From positions 1 to 49,491 of the forward strand of contig JABEUU010000169.1 in assembly GCA_013044295.1 (NCBI GenBank): a DNA stretch of 49,491 bases. The letters run 5' to 3'. This DNA comes from Candidatus Dormiibacterota bacterium (GTDB lineage: Bacteria; Chloroflexota; Dormibacteria; Aeolococcales; Bog-877). Made by a program: the position numbers and the translations under genes. Under the pieces are notes generated by a model. The model was given only the letters and a program-made list of their open reading frames with translations. It made no database searches and was not told the DNA's origin. Shown in pieces: positions 37,788 through 46,711 of this stretch (position 1 is its first letter; each line of letters starts with the position of its first letter).

Positions 37788-38114
37788 ATCTCTCTCCGAT
37801 GGGGGATCGTCGGCTTCCCTTCGCGACGGTCCCTCAGCTCCCTCGTGCGTTGTGTCCGACGGGCACCCGCAGGCCCCTGACTTAGATTTCTCGAATAAGT
37901 AACGGCCAATCCGACTCAAGTACTCGGGTTGTCACCGGCCGTCAGATGTTTGTTACATCGCCGGGGTCGCGCGGAGGTGCCTTAGCTCTGGGCGGCCGGT
38001 AGGAGGGCAGTTCCTCGGCTGGCTCGACCAGGGCTTGGAGAGCACTTCGCCCAAGCAGGATTGCGCTCCTGGAATTGCGGCCGACTCGGGGTCGGATCGA
38101 AGCCCATCCTCCGA

Positions 38115-38134
38115 GAAACATGCGTTCGTACAAT
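38115..38134 (+). promoter_or_regulatory. LexA (SOS) box and -10 element of dnaE2
   Basis: GAAAC-ATGC-GTTCG (reverse complement CGAACGCATGTTTC, 12/14 identical to the imuA box) abutting TACAAT (38129-34), 6 nt before ATG 38141. Confidence 0.82.
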
Positions 38135-38140
38135 GTCCAG

Positions 38141-41100
38141 ATGGGCATCACTGGATTCGGAGAGTGCTGGGCGCGCTCCTACTTCTCCTTTCTGGAGGGG
38201 GCGAGTGCGCCCGAGGCTGTCGCCGAGCGGGCGGCCGAGCTGGGGATGGCTGCTGTGGGCCTGGTGGATCGGGGTGGGCTCTATGGTGCCGTCCGGCTCG
38301 TCCGGGCGGCCGGCAGACTGGGCCTGGGCGCCATGGTGGGGGCGGAGTTGGATCTCGCGGGAGGGGGTAGGCTGGTCCTTCTGGCCACCGACACCTCCTC
38401 CTACAGGCAGCTCTGCAGGGCGGTGAGCCGGGCGCAGCTAAATGGGGTCAAGGGGCGATCGAACCTCACCCTGGCTGGGCTGGACCAGGTTCTGGCGACG
38501 GCTGCCGGAGGTTCCGATGGGGCCCTGGGAACTAGGGACGCCAGGCTCCCCGCTGGGGTCCAGAACCGGCTGCGCCAGCGCGCCCGCTTGGATGGGAACG
38601 CCGCCCGCCCGGTGGAGCCTGGCGAGATCGATCGCTGCACGATCTTGGCCGGCGGTCCCCACAGTCCCATCAGTCTGGCGCTGATTAGGGGTGATCGCAG
38701 CGCCGCCGACTCCGCGGCCACAGCCCTGTGCGAGGCCTTCCCGAGTAACCAGGTCCAGCTCTGCCTGCAGCACCACCTCCAGCCGGGTGACAGCTGGCTG
38801 GCCGCCGAGACCGTCGCCTGCGCTGAGCGGACAGGGGTTGGGGTGGTGGCCTCCGCAGCACCCCGCTACGCGCTGGCCGCCGAGGGCCGGTTGTTGGATG
38901 TGCTCACGGCCATCCGTCACGGCTGCACCCTGGAGGATGCGGCGGCCAGCGGCCTGCTGCTCCCCAACCATCAGTACCAGATGCGCCCCGAGGCGGAGCT
39001 GGCCGCACTCCTGCCCTATCCCCTGGCGTTTGAGGGGGCGCGTGCTCTGGCCGCTCGAGCCGTGTTGGAGTTGGATTTTCGACACAGCCGGTTTCCCGGG
39101 CTCAAGGTCCCAGGCGGTCACACCCCGGAGAGATATCTGGAGGAGCTCTGTCGGCGGGCGGTGCCCAGTCGGTATCCCAAGGCTGGCCCCGAGGTCGCGC
39201 AGCGGTTGAGCCACGAGCTTGAGGTGATCTCGAAGTGCCATCTGGCAGAGTTCTTCCTGATCGTCTTCGAGCTGATGGACTTTGCCAGGAGAAGTGGGAT
39301 CCCGGCCCAGGGGCGTGGATCTGCCGCCGACAGCCTGGTCGCCTATCTGCTCGGAATCACGAGGGTAGATCCAATCGCCCACCACCTGCTCTTCGAACGC
39401 TTCCTGCATGAGGAGATGGAGGGCACCCCCGACATCGATATCGACATCTCCACCAGCCATCGCGAGCGTCTCATCCAGCACGTGTACGACACCTACGGAG
39501 AGGAGCGCACCGGGATGGTCTGCACCGTGATCACCTTTCAGATCCGGATGGCGCTCAGGCAGGTGGGGGCCGCCCTGGGGATGCCTCCTCAGATGGTGGA
39601 GCGGCTCGGGCGCGCGGTTGACCATGGCAGTCGGGATGGGGGTGGTGGCCTGGTCGAGCGAGTGCTGGAGGTGGCGGGGGAGTCCCCGGATCAGACACTC
39701 AGGTCGCTGCCATGGCGCCAGTTCGCCGAGCTGGTGGAGGCGGTGGTCGGGGTCCCGCGCCACCTCTCAATCCATGTCGGCGGGATGCTGGTGACCGGGG
39801 AACCACTCTGGGACATAGCGCCCCTGGAGCGTGCCGCCAGACCCGGGCGAGTGGTGGTCCAGTTCGACAAGGACGACATCGAGGATCTCGGGCTGATCAA
39901 GATCGACCTGCTGGGCCTGCGCACCCTATCGGTGGTGGACGAGACCTTAAGCGAGCTGGAGCGGGTGACCGGGCAGCGGCCGGACCTGGGACAGCTGGAT
40001 CTGGCCGACCCTGAGGTCTATGAGATGTGCTCCCGGGCGGACACCATCGGGGTATTTCAGATTGAGTCCCGAGCGCAGCAGCAGACGCTGCCCCGGGCCC
40101 GGCCCAGGGAGTTCAATGACCTGGTGGTCGAGGTCGCCATCATTCGGCCCGGCCCGATCCAGGGGCATGCGGTTCATCCCTACCTGCGCCGCCGCCAGGG
40201 TCGGGAGCAGGTCACCTACCTGCACCCGCTACTGAAGCCCATCCTCAAGGACACCCTGGGGGTGATCCTTTACCAGGAGCAGATCATGGAGATCGCCATG
40301 CAGGTGGCCGGCTTCAGCGCCGGCCAGGCGGATCGCTTTCGGCGGGCTATGAACCGGCATCGCTCCCGGGTGGAGATGGCCTCTTTGGAGCGGGACTTTG
40401 TGCGTGGCTGCCAGGCGCACACGGTATCCCGGGCGGTTGCCGACCAGCTCTTTACGGCCGTTCGCGGGTTCGCCGCATTCGGCTTCTGCCGCAGCCACGC
40501 CGCCGCCTTCGCCCGCACTGCCTATGAGACCGCCTGGCTCCGGCTGCACCATCCCGCCGCCTACCTGGTGGGGCTGCTCAACCATCAGCCGATGGGTTTC
40601 TATCATCCCTCGGTGCTGGTGGACGATGCCCGACGTCGGGGTGTGGAGGTGCTGCCGGTGGACGTCAACCGCAGTCGCGGCCGCTGCCGGCTGGAGACAG
40701 GAGCCTCAGGAGTGGCGGTCCGGCTGGGCTTCAACTACGTCAAGGGGGTGGGCCCGGCCCTGCAGGATCACCTCGATCGGGTACGTGCCCTCGGAGAGTA
40801 CGCGTCTCCCGAGGACTTCTGGGGGCGCACCGGGATTCCCCGCACAGCACTTGAGTCGCTGGTGTTGGTGGGGGCATTCGATGGGTTCGCCGAACCCCGC
40901 CGGAAGCTGCTGTGGCGGCTCAAAGAGGTGGAGGATGCTCTGGCTGAGAGATCAGGGACTTGGGGTAAGCCGAAGTGGGACGACAACCGGCCAAGGCAGG
41001 CGGAACTGATCTCGCTGCCGGCTCCCGCCCCCGCCCTCCCAGCTCTGTCGCTGCGGGAGCTAGTCTCAACCGACTACCGGGTGATGGGGCTGACCACTGG

Positions 41101-41476
41101 CCCCCACCCGATGGCCCTGCTGCGACCCCGGCTCGGCGAGCTCGGAGTGGTGACGCTGGCCGAGGCGCGCACCACCGCTCCCAATCGCAGGCTCAGGGTG
41201 GCCGGGATGGTGATCACCCGGCAGGCTCCCCACTCCGCTGGCGGTATACGGTTCTTCACCCTGGCCGATGAGACAGGTCATCTGGACCTGGTGTTCGTCC
41301 CCGAGGTCTATCGGAGCAATCGGGCTCTGGCCAGCCATGAGCCGTCGTTGTGTGCCGAGGGCGTGCTGCGGTCCGCCGACGGGGCTGTGAGCCTGCTGGT
41401 GGAGCGGCTTTTTTCCTGGCCCCAAGATGCCGGCCTGGCCGATTCCCTGCCACTTCTGTCTCACGACTACCACTGA
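38141..41476 (+). CDS. dnaE2: Error-prone DNA polymerase DnaE2 (ImuC)
   Basis: SYFSFLEGAS, QGRGSAADS, LLFERFL, PDIDID, HLSIHVGG, KIDLLGL, FQIESRAQ, FGFCRSHA, LNHQPMGFY; C-terminal SHDYH resembles the DnaE2 SRDF(H/R) tail. Confidence 0.93.
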   Translation: MGITGFGECWARSYFSFLEGASAPEAVAERAAELGMAAVGLVDRGGLYGAVRLVRAAGRLGLGAMVGAELDLAGGGRLVLLATDTSSYRQLCRAVSRAQLNGVKGRSNLTLAGLDQVLATAAGGSDGALGTRDARLPAGVQNRLRQRARLDGNAARPVEPGEIDRCTILAGGPHSPISLALIRGDRSAADSAATALCEAFPSNQVQLCLQHHLQPGDSWLAAETVACAERTGVGVVASAAPRYALAAEGRLLDVLTAIRHGCTLEDAAASGLLLPNHQYQMRPEAELAALLPYPLAFEGARALAARAVLELDFRHSRFPGLKVPGGHTPERYLEELCRRAVPSRYPKAGPEVAQRLSHELEVISKCHLAEFFLIVFELMDFARRSGIPAQGRGSAADSLVAYLLGITRVDPIAHHLLFERFLHEEMEGTPDIDIDISTSHRERLIQHVYDTYGEERTGMVCTVITFQIRMALRQVGAALGMPPQMVERLGRAVDHGSRDGGGGLVERVLEVAGESPDQTLRSLPWRQFAELVEAVVGVPRHLSIHVGGMLVTGEPLWDIAPLERAARPGRVVVQFDKDDIEDLGLIKIDLLGLRTLSVVDETLSELERVTGQRPDLGQLDLADPEVYEMCSRADTIGVFQIESRAQQQTLPRARPREFNDLVVEVAIIRPGPIQGHAVHPYLRRRQGREQVTYLHPLLKPILKDTLGVILYQEQIMEIAMQVAGFSAGQADRFRRAMNRHRSRVEMASLERDFVRGCQAHTVSRAVADQLFTAVRGFAAFGFCRSHAAAFARTAYETAWLRLHHPAAYLVGLLNHQPMGFYHPSVLVDDARRRGVEVLPVDVNRSRGRCRLETGASGVAVRLGFNYVKGVGPALQDHLDRVRALGEYASPEDFWGRTGIPRTALESLVLVGAFDGFAEPRRKLLWRLKEVEDALAERSGTWGKPKWDDNRPRQAELISLPAPAPALPALSLRELVSTDYRVMGLTTGPHPMALLRPRLGELGVVTLAEARTTAPNRRLRVAGMVITRQAPHSAGGIRFFTLADETGHLDLVFVPEVYRSNRALASHEPSLCAEGVLRSADGAVSLLVERLFSWPQDAGLADSLPLLSHDYH

Positions 41477-41492
41477 GCTGGGGCACCAGCTC
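41475..41492. terminator. Hairpin between convergent dnaE2 and symporter genes
   Basis: GAGCTGG-GGCA-CCAGCTC 7-bp stem; no U-tract. Confidence 0.4.
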
Positions 41493-41496
41493 GGCC

Positions 41497-42453
41497 TCAG
41501 ATCGTCGTCGGCACCCGGCTGGCGCGCCTGGCCATCCAGGTGGCCAGAGTGCCGGCCCCTGCCACCATCACGATCCCATAGACACCACCGACCGCGGCGG
41601 CCCGCGGCGCCACCACCACCGCGACCGCGATGGCAACCCCGAACTCTCGGATTCCTATCGGGAATCCGACCGCGGCCGCGCGACGGTGGTTGAGCCCGAG
41701 AGCCTTCCCAAGGCCCCAGCCGACAGCGCCTCCGCCCAACAAGAGCGCCAGCACCAGCGGCAGCATCGCCAGAATCGCGGCGGAGAGCAAAACCGAGCGG
41801 GCGCTGGCGGTCCCCGCCAGCACCACCAGCACCAGGCAGGTCGCGCTCAGGTCCAGCCACAGGTGCCGCCAGCGGGCGCTCCTGGGGAAGCGCGCCCGCA
41901 GTCCGACCCCCAATGCCAGTGGTAGCAGCACCGAGAGGAGCAGCTCCAATGCCAGCGACCCGGGTTGGATTCGGGCTCCGGGGCCGAGACCGACCGCGAG
42001 CCAGAACGGGGTCAGGATGGTGGAGAGCGCCAGCGAACCCGCCATGCAGGCCGTGGCCAACGCCGCGTCGCCACCGGCGATGGTGGCCATCAACCCGCTG
42101 GTGATCTCGGCCGGCGCCACGGCGCAGATGACGATCCCTTTCGCCAAAGTGGGCGTTGGCGCCAGCAGATGGAGCGCCAGCCCCAGCCCGGGCAGCGCTG
42201 TCCACTGGACCAAGAGGGCGAGGCCAACCAGCGGCGCCTGCCCGAACGCAGCCCGAATCTCGCCCGGCGTGAGGTTGAGGGCGACGCCCAGGACCTGGCC
42301 AGCCAGGAAGACGGGCACCAAGGCCGAGAGGGCTCCGGAACTCTGGGGAATGGCCACTCCAACCAGGGCGGCAACCACCACCCAGGCGAGCAACCGGTGG
42401 CGGACCGGGAGGAACCATGTGCGCGGTCCGAGCCTGCGCGCTTTACCTTCCAC
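41497..42453 (-). CDS. Bile acid:sodium symporter (BASS/ACR3-like) family protein
   Basis: ~9-10 TM segments; VQWTALP, AVAPAEITS, GGDAALA, LSVLLPLALG, GIREFGVA; GTG at 42453 (or TTG at 42462). Confidence 0.8.
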   Translation of the reverse strand: MEGKARRLGPRTWFLPVRHRLLAWVVVAALVGVAIPQSSGALSALVPVFLAGQVLGVALNLTPGEIRAAFGQAPLVGLALLVQWTALPGLGLALHLLAPTPTLAKGIVICAVAPAEITSGLMATIAGGDAALATACMAGSLALSTILTPFWLAVGLGPGARIQPGSLALELLLSVLLPLALGVGLRARFPRSARWRHLWLDLSATCLVLVVLAGTASARSVLLSAAILAMLPLVLALLLGGGAVGWGLGKALGLNHRRAAAVGFPIGIREFGVAIAVAVVVAPRAAAVGGVYGIVMVAGAGTLATWMARRASRVPTTI

Positions 42454-42485
42454 GCCGACCAAGGTAAGGCACCCGGCCGGGACGT

Positions 42486-44039
42486 CTACCTGGCCGGGTT
42501 GGCGACCGCCTCAGATCGCGCGCGCCCCCGGGGGCTCGACTTGATCTCGCCGACGCGACCCAGCCGCTGGAGCTGTCGCATGGCGGCCTCCAGGTCCTGG
42601 GGGCTGAATGCGGTGCGGCTGTGGCGGTGCAGCACCGCGCTCAGTGGGGCGGGCCGCTGCGGGGTCATCGGCAGCACGATCACCGAAGTCAGTTCCACGT
42701 TGCTGCGGGCCTGGGGTCGGCTCGAAGGAGGCTCGGTCCACAGCACGGGAACCCCGGTGCTGGCCGCGCGACGGCAGAGGTCCCGGACCAGTGGGGTCAT
42801 CCGGTAATCGCCTTCGGGGCTCACCAGGACCGCTTCTTGCTCGTCATTGACCAGGACCGCCAGGTCTGCCCGACTGGCGCGGGAGAGCCGCACCAGAAGG
42901 GGTTCGAGTCCGAGCGGCTGAGGTGGGGGCCGGCGCCGTCGGCGCACCATCTGCAAACTGAGGGTGGCATTCACACCCATGGCTACGATGGCCGCCCCCA
43001 GGCCGTCGACCAGCAGTGGCAGGTTGAGGCCCACCAGGCCCAGAAAGACCACCAGCTGAACTCCACCGGCGGTCAGCGAGGAGCCGATGTACCGTCGCAT
43101 CAAGGGATAGCGTTCGCGCCGCGCGTCAGCGAAAGTGAGGCGCAAATTGAGGGTGAAGTTCCATGCCAAGGAGATAGCGAAGGCCAGGCCCCAAGCGGCC
43201 AGCGCCGGCCAGCCCAGCACCGCCCCGCCCAGCTCCAGCACCCCCAGCAGGAGGAGCAGACCGCTGACCCCAACCGCGGCAAACTTCCAGCGCCGGGCGC
43301 TCCCCGGCACGTCCCGCACCAGAGACCAGAGGTGGCGAAGGTACAGCCACCCCTGGGCCGGGGTGGCCTTACTCTTGCCCGCGCCCCGAACCTGGAAGCT
43401 GAGCGGGACGTCGACCACGGTCGCGCTCTCGGAGCAGACCAGCAACTCGAGCAGAATCTTGAAACCGACCGGGCGGAACTCCAGTCCCGACAGCAGCGCT
43501 GACCGGCAGAGGAAGAACCCCGCCAGGGGGTCGGTACTGGCGCGCGCTTCGGTGAAAATCGCCCGGGCCAGGAACGTCGCGCCCCGCGACACCAGGCGCC
43601 GGAAGCCCCCGCCGAGACCCGCGCGGCTGCCCCCTGAGAGATAGCGGCTGGCGACGACGATGTCGGCTCCACCGCGCTCCGCCGCGAGCAGCTCCAGGAT
43701 CGCTTCGGGGGGATGCTGCAGGTCTCCGTCCATGACGCAAACCACTCGGCCCCTCGCCTCCGCAAGGCCCAGCACGACGGCCGTGCTCAGGCCGCCGGCC
43801 CGCAGGTCAGCCGCCCGGTGCAGCACTCGCACCCGGCTGTCCTTGCTGGCGATGTCGCGCAGCAGCTGCGGAGTGGCGTCATCGCTGTCGTCCACGAACA
43901 GGATCTCGAAGGAAACCTCGGCCAGGGAGCTCCGCAGCCGCTGCAGCAGCAGGGGCACGTTGCCGGCCTCATCCCGGGTGGGGATCACCACCGATAGCTC
44001 GATCGGGGTCGGTGAGGGCGCGGATCGGCGGCGCGGCAT
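42486..44039 (-). CDS. Polyprenol-phosphate mannosyltransferase-like GT2 + GtrA domain + C-terminal GAF-like domain
   Basis: SVVIPTRDE, FVDDSDDAT, VMDGDLQHPP, VASRY, DPLAGFF, GFKILLELL; GtrA KFAAVGVSG...WNFTLN..LTF; ~120-aa soluble tail; start 44039 (or 44096). Confidence 0.85.
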   Translation of the reverse strand: MPRRRSAPSPTPIELSVVIPTRDEAGNVPLLLQRLRSSLAEVSFEILFVDDSDDATPQLLRDIASKDSRVRVLHRAADLRAGGLSTAVVLGLAEARGRVVCVMDGDLQHPPEAILELLAAERGGADIVVASRYLSGGSRAGLGGGFRRLVSRGATFLARAIFTEARASTDPLAGFFLCRSALLSGLEFRPVGFKILLELLVCSESATVVDVPLSFQVRGAGKSKATPAQGWLYLRHLWSLVRDVPGSARRWKFAAVGVSGLLLLLGVLELGGAVLGWPALAAWGLAFAISLAWNFTLNLRLTFADARRERYPLMRRYIGSSLTAGGVQLVVFLGLVGLNLPLLVDGLGAAIVAMGVNATLSLQMVRRRRRPPPQPLGLEPLLVRLSRASRADLAVLVNDEQEAVLVSPEGDYRMTPLVRDLCRRAASTGVPVLWTEPPSSRPQARSNVELTSVIVLPMTPQRPAPLSAVLHRHSRTAFSPQDLEAAMRQLQRLGRVGEIKSSPRGRARSEAVANPAR

Positions 44040-44102
44040 GGTCTGCAGTCTAGGCTTGGCCGGCGACCCCTGACCTGTCGTTACCGAATCGTTCATGGCC
44101 CG

Positions 44103-44360
44103 CTATCGGGCGCTCGGATCGCAGGCGACCGCCTCCGCGACCGTCCTTGGGTCGAACCGTCCCTCCGCAATCACCACCCCGTGCCAGAGCACCACCGGCA
44201 CCCGCTCGCTGTAAGTGCCCCAGAGGCCCCGGTCCTTATCGACGTCAACCTCCACCAGGGGCACTCCCAGCTGGGCACAGACCCCAGCCAGGGGGGCCCG
44301 CACCATCTCGCAGAGGTGGCAGCCGTGTCGGCCCAGGAGCTGGACGGCGTCAGTCGCCAC
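44103..44360 (-). CDS. Glutaredoxin-like protein (DUF836 type)
   Basis: GCHLCE, EVDVD, YSERVPVV. Confidence 0.85.
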   Translation of the reverse strand: MATDAVQLLGRHGCHLCEMVRAPLAGVCAQLGVPLVEVDVDKDRGLWGTYSERVPVVLWHGVVIAEGRFDPRTVAEAVACDPSAR

Positions 44361-44976
44361 CGACGCCCCAACTCTCCAGCTTGCTCAGGTAACGGCCCTT
44401 CCACAGCCAAAAGGCACCACCAGTCAGCGCCCATACCAGCCCCTCGATAAAGACCCCCATCAGAGTGGAGCGGGCCACTGGGCTCCCTCTCAGCGCCAGC
44501 CCGAGATAGACGATGAAGCGGCAGGCCACCATGATCGCCAGCGCGAACACCACTCTCAGTGCCGCGGTCACGATCCTCCGCTCCCGCCGCAGGCTGGCCC
44601 GGAGCTGGCTCACGGGAGCCCCCTCCATGCGAGTCAGGCCCAGGGTTGGTTCGGGTCGGGCGCCGGCCAGTCTCCACCAGCCGACCAGGGCCAGCAGCCC
44701 GGCCGCTGCGACAGGTAGCAGGAGCTGGCCTGGAGCGCCCTGTCGGAGCAGGTTCTGCCAGCCGTTCAGGACCCCGCCGCGGCGGAATTGGTCCCCATAC
44801 CTGACCTCGAGGGCAAACGAAGCCCAGCCCAGGCCGAGGCCGAGTGCCAGCAAACCGGTCCAGATGGCAACTGGCAAACGCCGCTGCCAGGCTGTCGCCG
44901 CGAGCTCGCCGAGGCGGTTGCGCTGGCCCCGCTCGGCGGGTGGAGTGGAGCCAGGCTTGACACCGTCGGTGACCAT
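44350..44976 (-). CDS. Hypothetical membrane protein (~4 TM)
   Basis: Four hydrophobic segments; TAAACT 7 nt before ATG 44976; overlaps the glutaredoxin start. Confidence 0.65.
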   Translation of the reverse strand: MVTDGVKPGSTPPAERGQRNRLGELAATAWQRRLPVAIWTGLLALGLGLGWASFALEVRYGDQFRRGGVLNGWQNLLRQGAPGQLLLPVAAAGLLALVGWWRLAGARPEPTLGLTRMEGAPVSQLRASLRRERRIVTAALRVVFALAIMVACRFIVYLGLALRGSPVARSTLMGVFIEGLVWALTGGAFWLWKGRYLSKLESWGVGGD

Positions 44977-45648
44977 GGCTCTGAGTTTAGATCCGGTCGG
45001 CCCCATGGCAAGCACCGGCGAGCTATCGAGCTTGGGGGCGCCCTCTGCTGGAAACCCGACTTGGACAGATCCAAAGGAGCGGGCCACGGCGGCGGTGGGC
45101 CAGGAGGTGGATGTTGGCAGCTGTGAGCGGGACTCAGGTAGCGGCCCACGGGTGCACCGCGCCTCCACCTAGGCCGCCCCCAAGCCGGATCAGGCACCGG
45201 GCCCGGGTTCTGTTTTCTGGGTGGCTGGTAGGGGATCGCGGGCCGGTCCGGCCAAGGTCATCTCCGAGCCCGTTGCCCTCGGCGCTACCGACCCGAAGGG
45301 CCCGCTGTCCGGCAGCGGAGCGGGGCTGAGCAATTGGCACCAGGCGCCCATGTCCAGCTCTCCGAGCCTAATGCGGCCGTGGATCGGAGTGGCCTTCAAG
45401 ATCGCCGGCAGTACCGGGGCTCGGGTTGACGGATGGGGGGATGCCGTTCGCCACGGACGGCGTCGTGCCGGGGTCGGCGTGGTGCCAGGAGCCGTCGTCG
45501 GCGGCCGTAGCTCGGGGCGGTTGGTCCCGCATCCGAGTGGCCGTCTGGCGTTGCGAGGTTGCTCCGAGCCGGTTGGGAGCATGCCGGCCACCCGGGCGCG
45601 CCACCCAGGTCCCGGCGGTCGTCTCGTCCGGCACCTACAATCTGAGCA

Positions 45649-46692
45649 ATGGGTCCGAGCCCGCAGAGTCGGCCCGTGGGGCAGCCTGTGGCGGGGCCGC
45701 GCCTGCGCGTCGCCACCTACAACATCCTCGCTGGCGGCGGCCATCGCTGGGCTGAAATCGCTGAGGTGGTGCGCGCTCTCGACGCTGACCTGCTCGCCCT
45801 CCAGGAGGTTGAGGATCCCGAACCGATGCGGGCCATGGGTGCCGCCCTGGGCTATCGGGTCCTGTTCGGCCCGGCCCCTCGGTTTCGGCACCAGGGATTC
45901 CTCTCGCGGCTGCCGATACGGTCGTGGCAGAACCGTCAGGACCCCAAGGCCCACCCTCGCAATTCGCTGGAGGTCACCGTGGCCGGCCCGGCCGGGAGCA
46001 CCCTGGCCGAGATCCGGTTGCATACGGTCCATCTGACCGCGGCTTTCCAGCGCCGGGGCAGGGCCGAACCGGAGCGGCTCCGGGAGCTTGAGGTGGTGCG
46101 TGCCCAGGCGGCTCGTGAACCCTTGCTCCCGCGCATCATCCTGGGGGACTTCAACGCGCTGGCGCCCGGGGATCGGCTCCGGGCGGCCGACTTCCTCGGT
46201 CAGCTTTCCGAGTGGCGCCGCTCAGGGGTTCTCGAGGAGGTTGGCGCGGCGGGACGGGTGCCGAGCGCGGTCAGCGCTATGCGCTGGTGGCGGGAGCCCA
46301 GGTCCGGAGAGCCGGTGGCGGAGGTCTCGGAGGTGGCCCGGGCGGGAATCCCCCGGCTCCCATGGTTGATCCATCCGCTCATCGAACTGGTGCCCAGGGG
46401 GGATGCCACGGACGCCCTGGCGGGGGCCTTCATGCCCCGCGCTGCGGTGCGGAGCATGATCGTGGCTGGCTACGTGGACTGCCTTCGCCGGGCTCACCCT
46501 CGGGCCGACAGCTTCAGTTGCCCCACCTATCTGCCCGCGGTCCGGATCGACTACGTCTTCGCCAGCCGAGAGCTAGCCGACCGGCTGCTCACCTGTGATG
46601 TGGCGGCTCGCTCCGGGGCCCTGGCCGAGGTTGCCAAGCGGGCGAGTGACCACTTCCCGGTGGTGGCCGACTTCGACCTTGGAGCGCACTGA
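45649..46692 (+). CDS. Endonuclease/exonuclease/phosphatase (EEP) family protein
   Basis: LRVATYNI, DLLALQEV, TVHL, ILGDFNA, RIDYVF, ASDHFPVVADF. Confidence 0.88.
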   Translation: MGPSPQSRPVGQPVAGPRLRVATYNILAGGGHRWAEIAEVVRALDADLLALQEVEDPEPMRAMGAALGYRVLFGPAPRFRHQGFLSRLPIRSWQNRQDPKAHPRNSLEVTVAGPAGSTLAEIRLHTVHLTAAFQRRGRAEPERLRELEVVRAQAAREPLLPRIILGDFNALAPGDRLRAADFLGQLSEWRRSGVLEEVGAAGRVPSAVSAMRWWREPRSGEPVAEVSEVARAGIPRLPWLIHPLIELVPRGDATDALAGAFMPRAAVRSMIVAGYVDCLRRAHPRADSFSCPTYLPAVRIDYVFASRELADRLLTCDVAARSGALAEVAKRASDHFPVVADFDLGAH

Positions 46693-46711
46693 AGAGTCAG
46701 ATCCGCTCACA

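Noticed and set aside
44977-45648. Gene or ncRNA in the ~670-bp gap (ORFs 45190-46032, 45368-45634, 45221-46036)
   Set aside because: No recognisable motif, start signal or RNA consensus; the longer frames overlap the EEP gene; left unannotated
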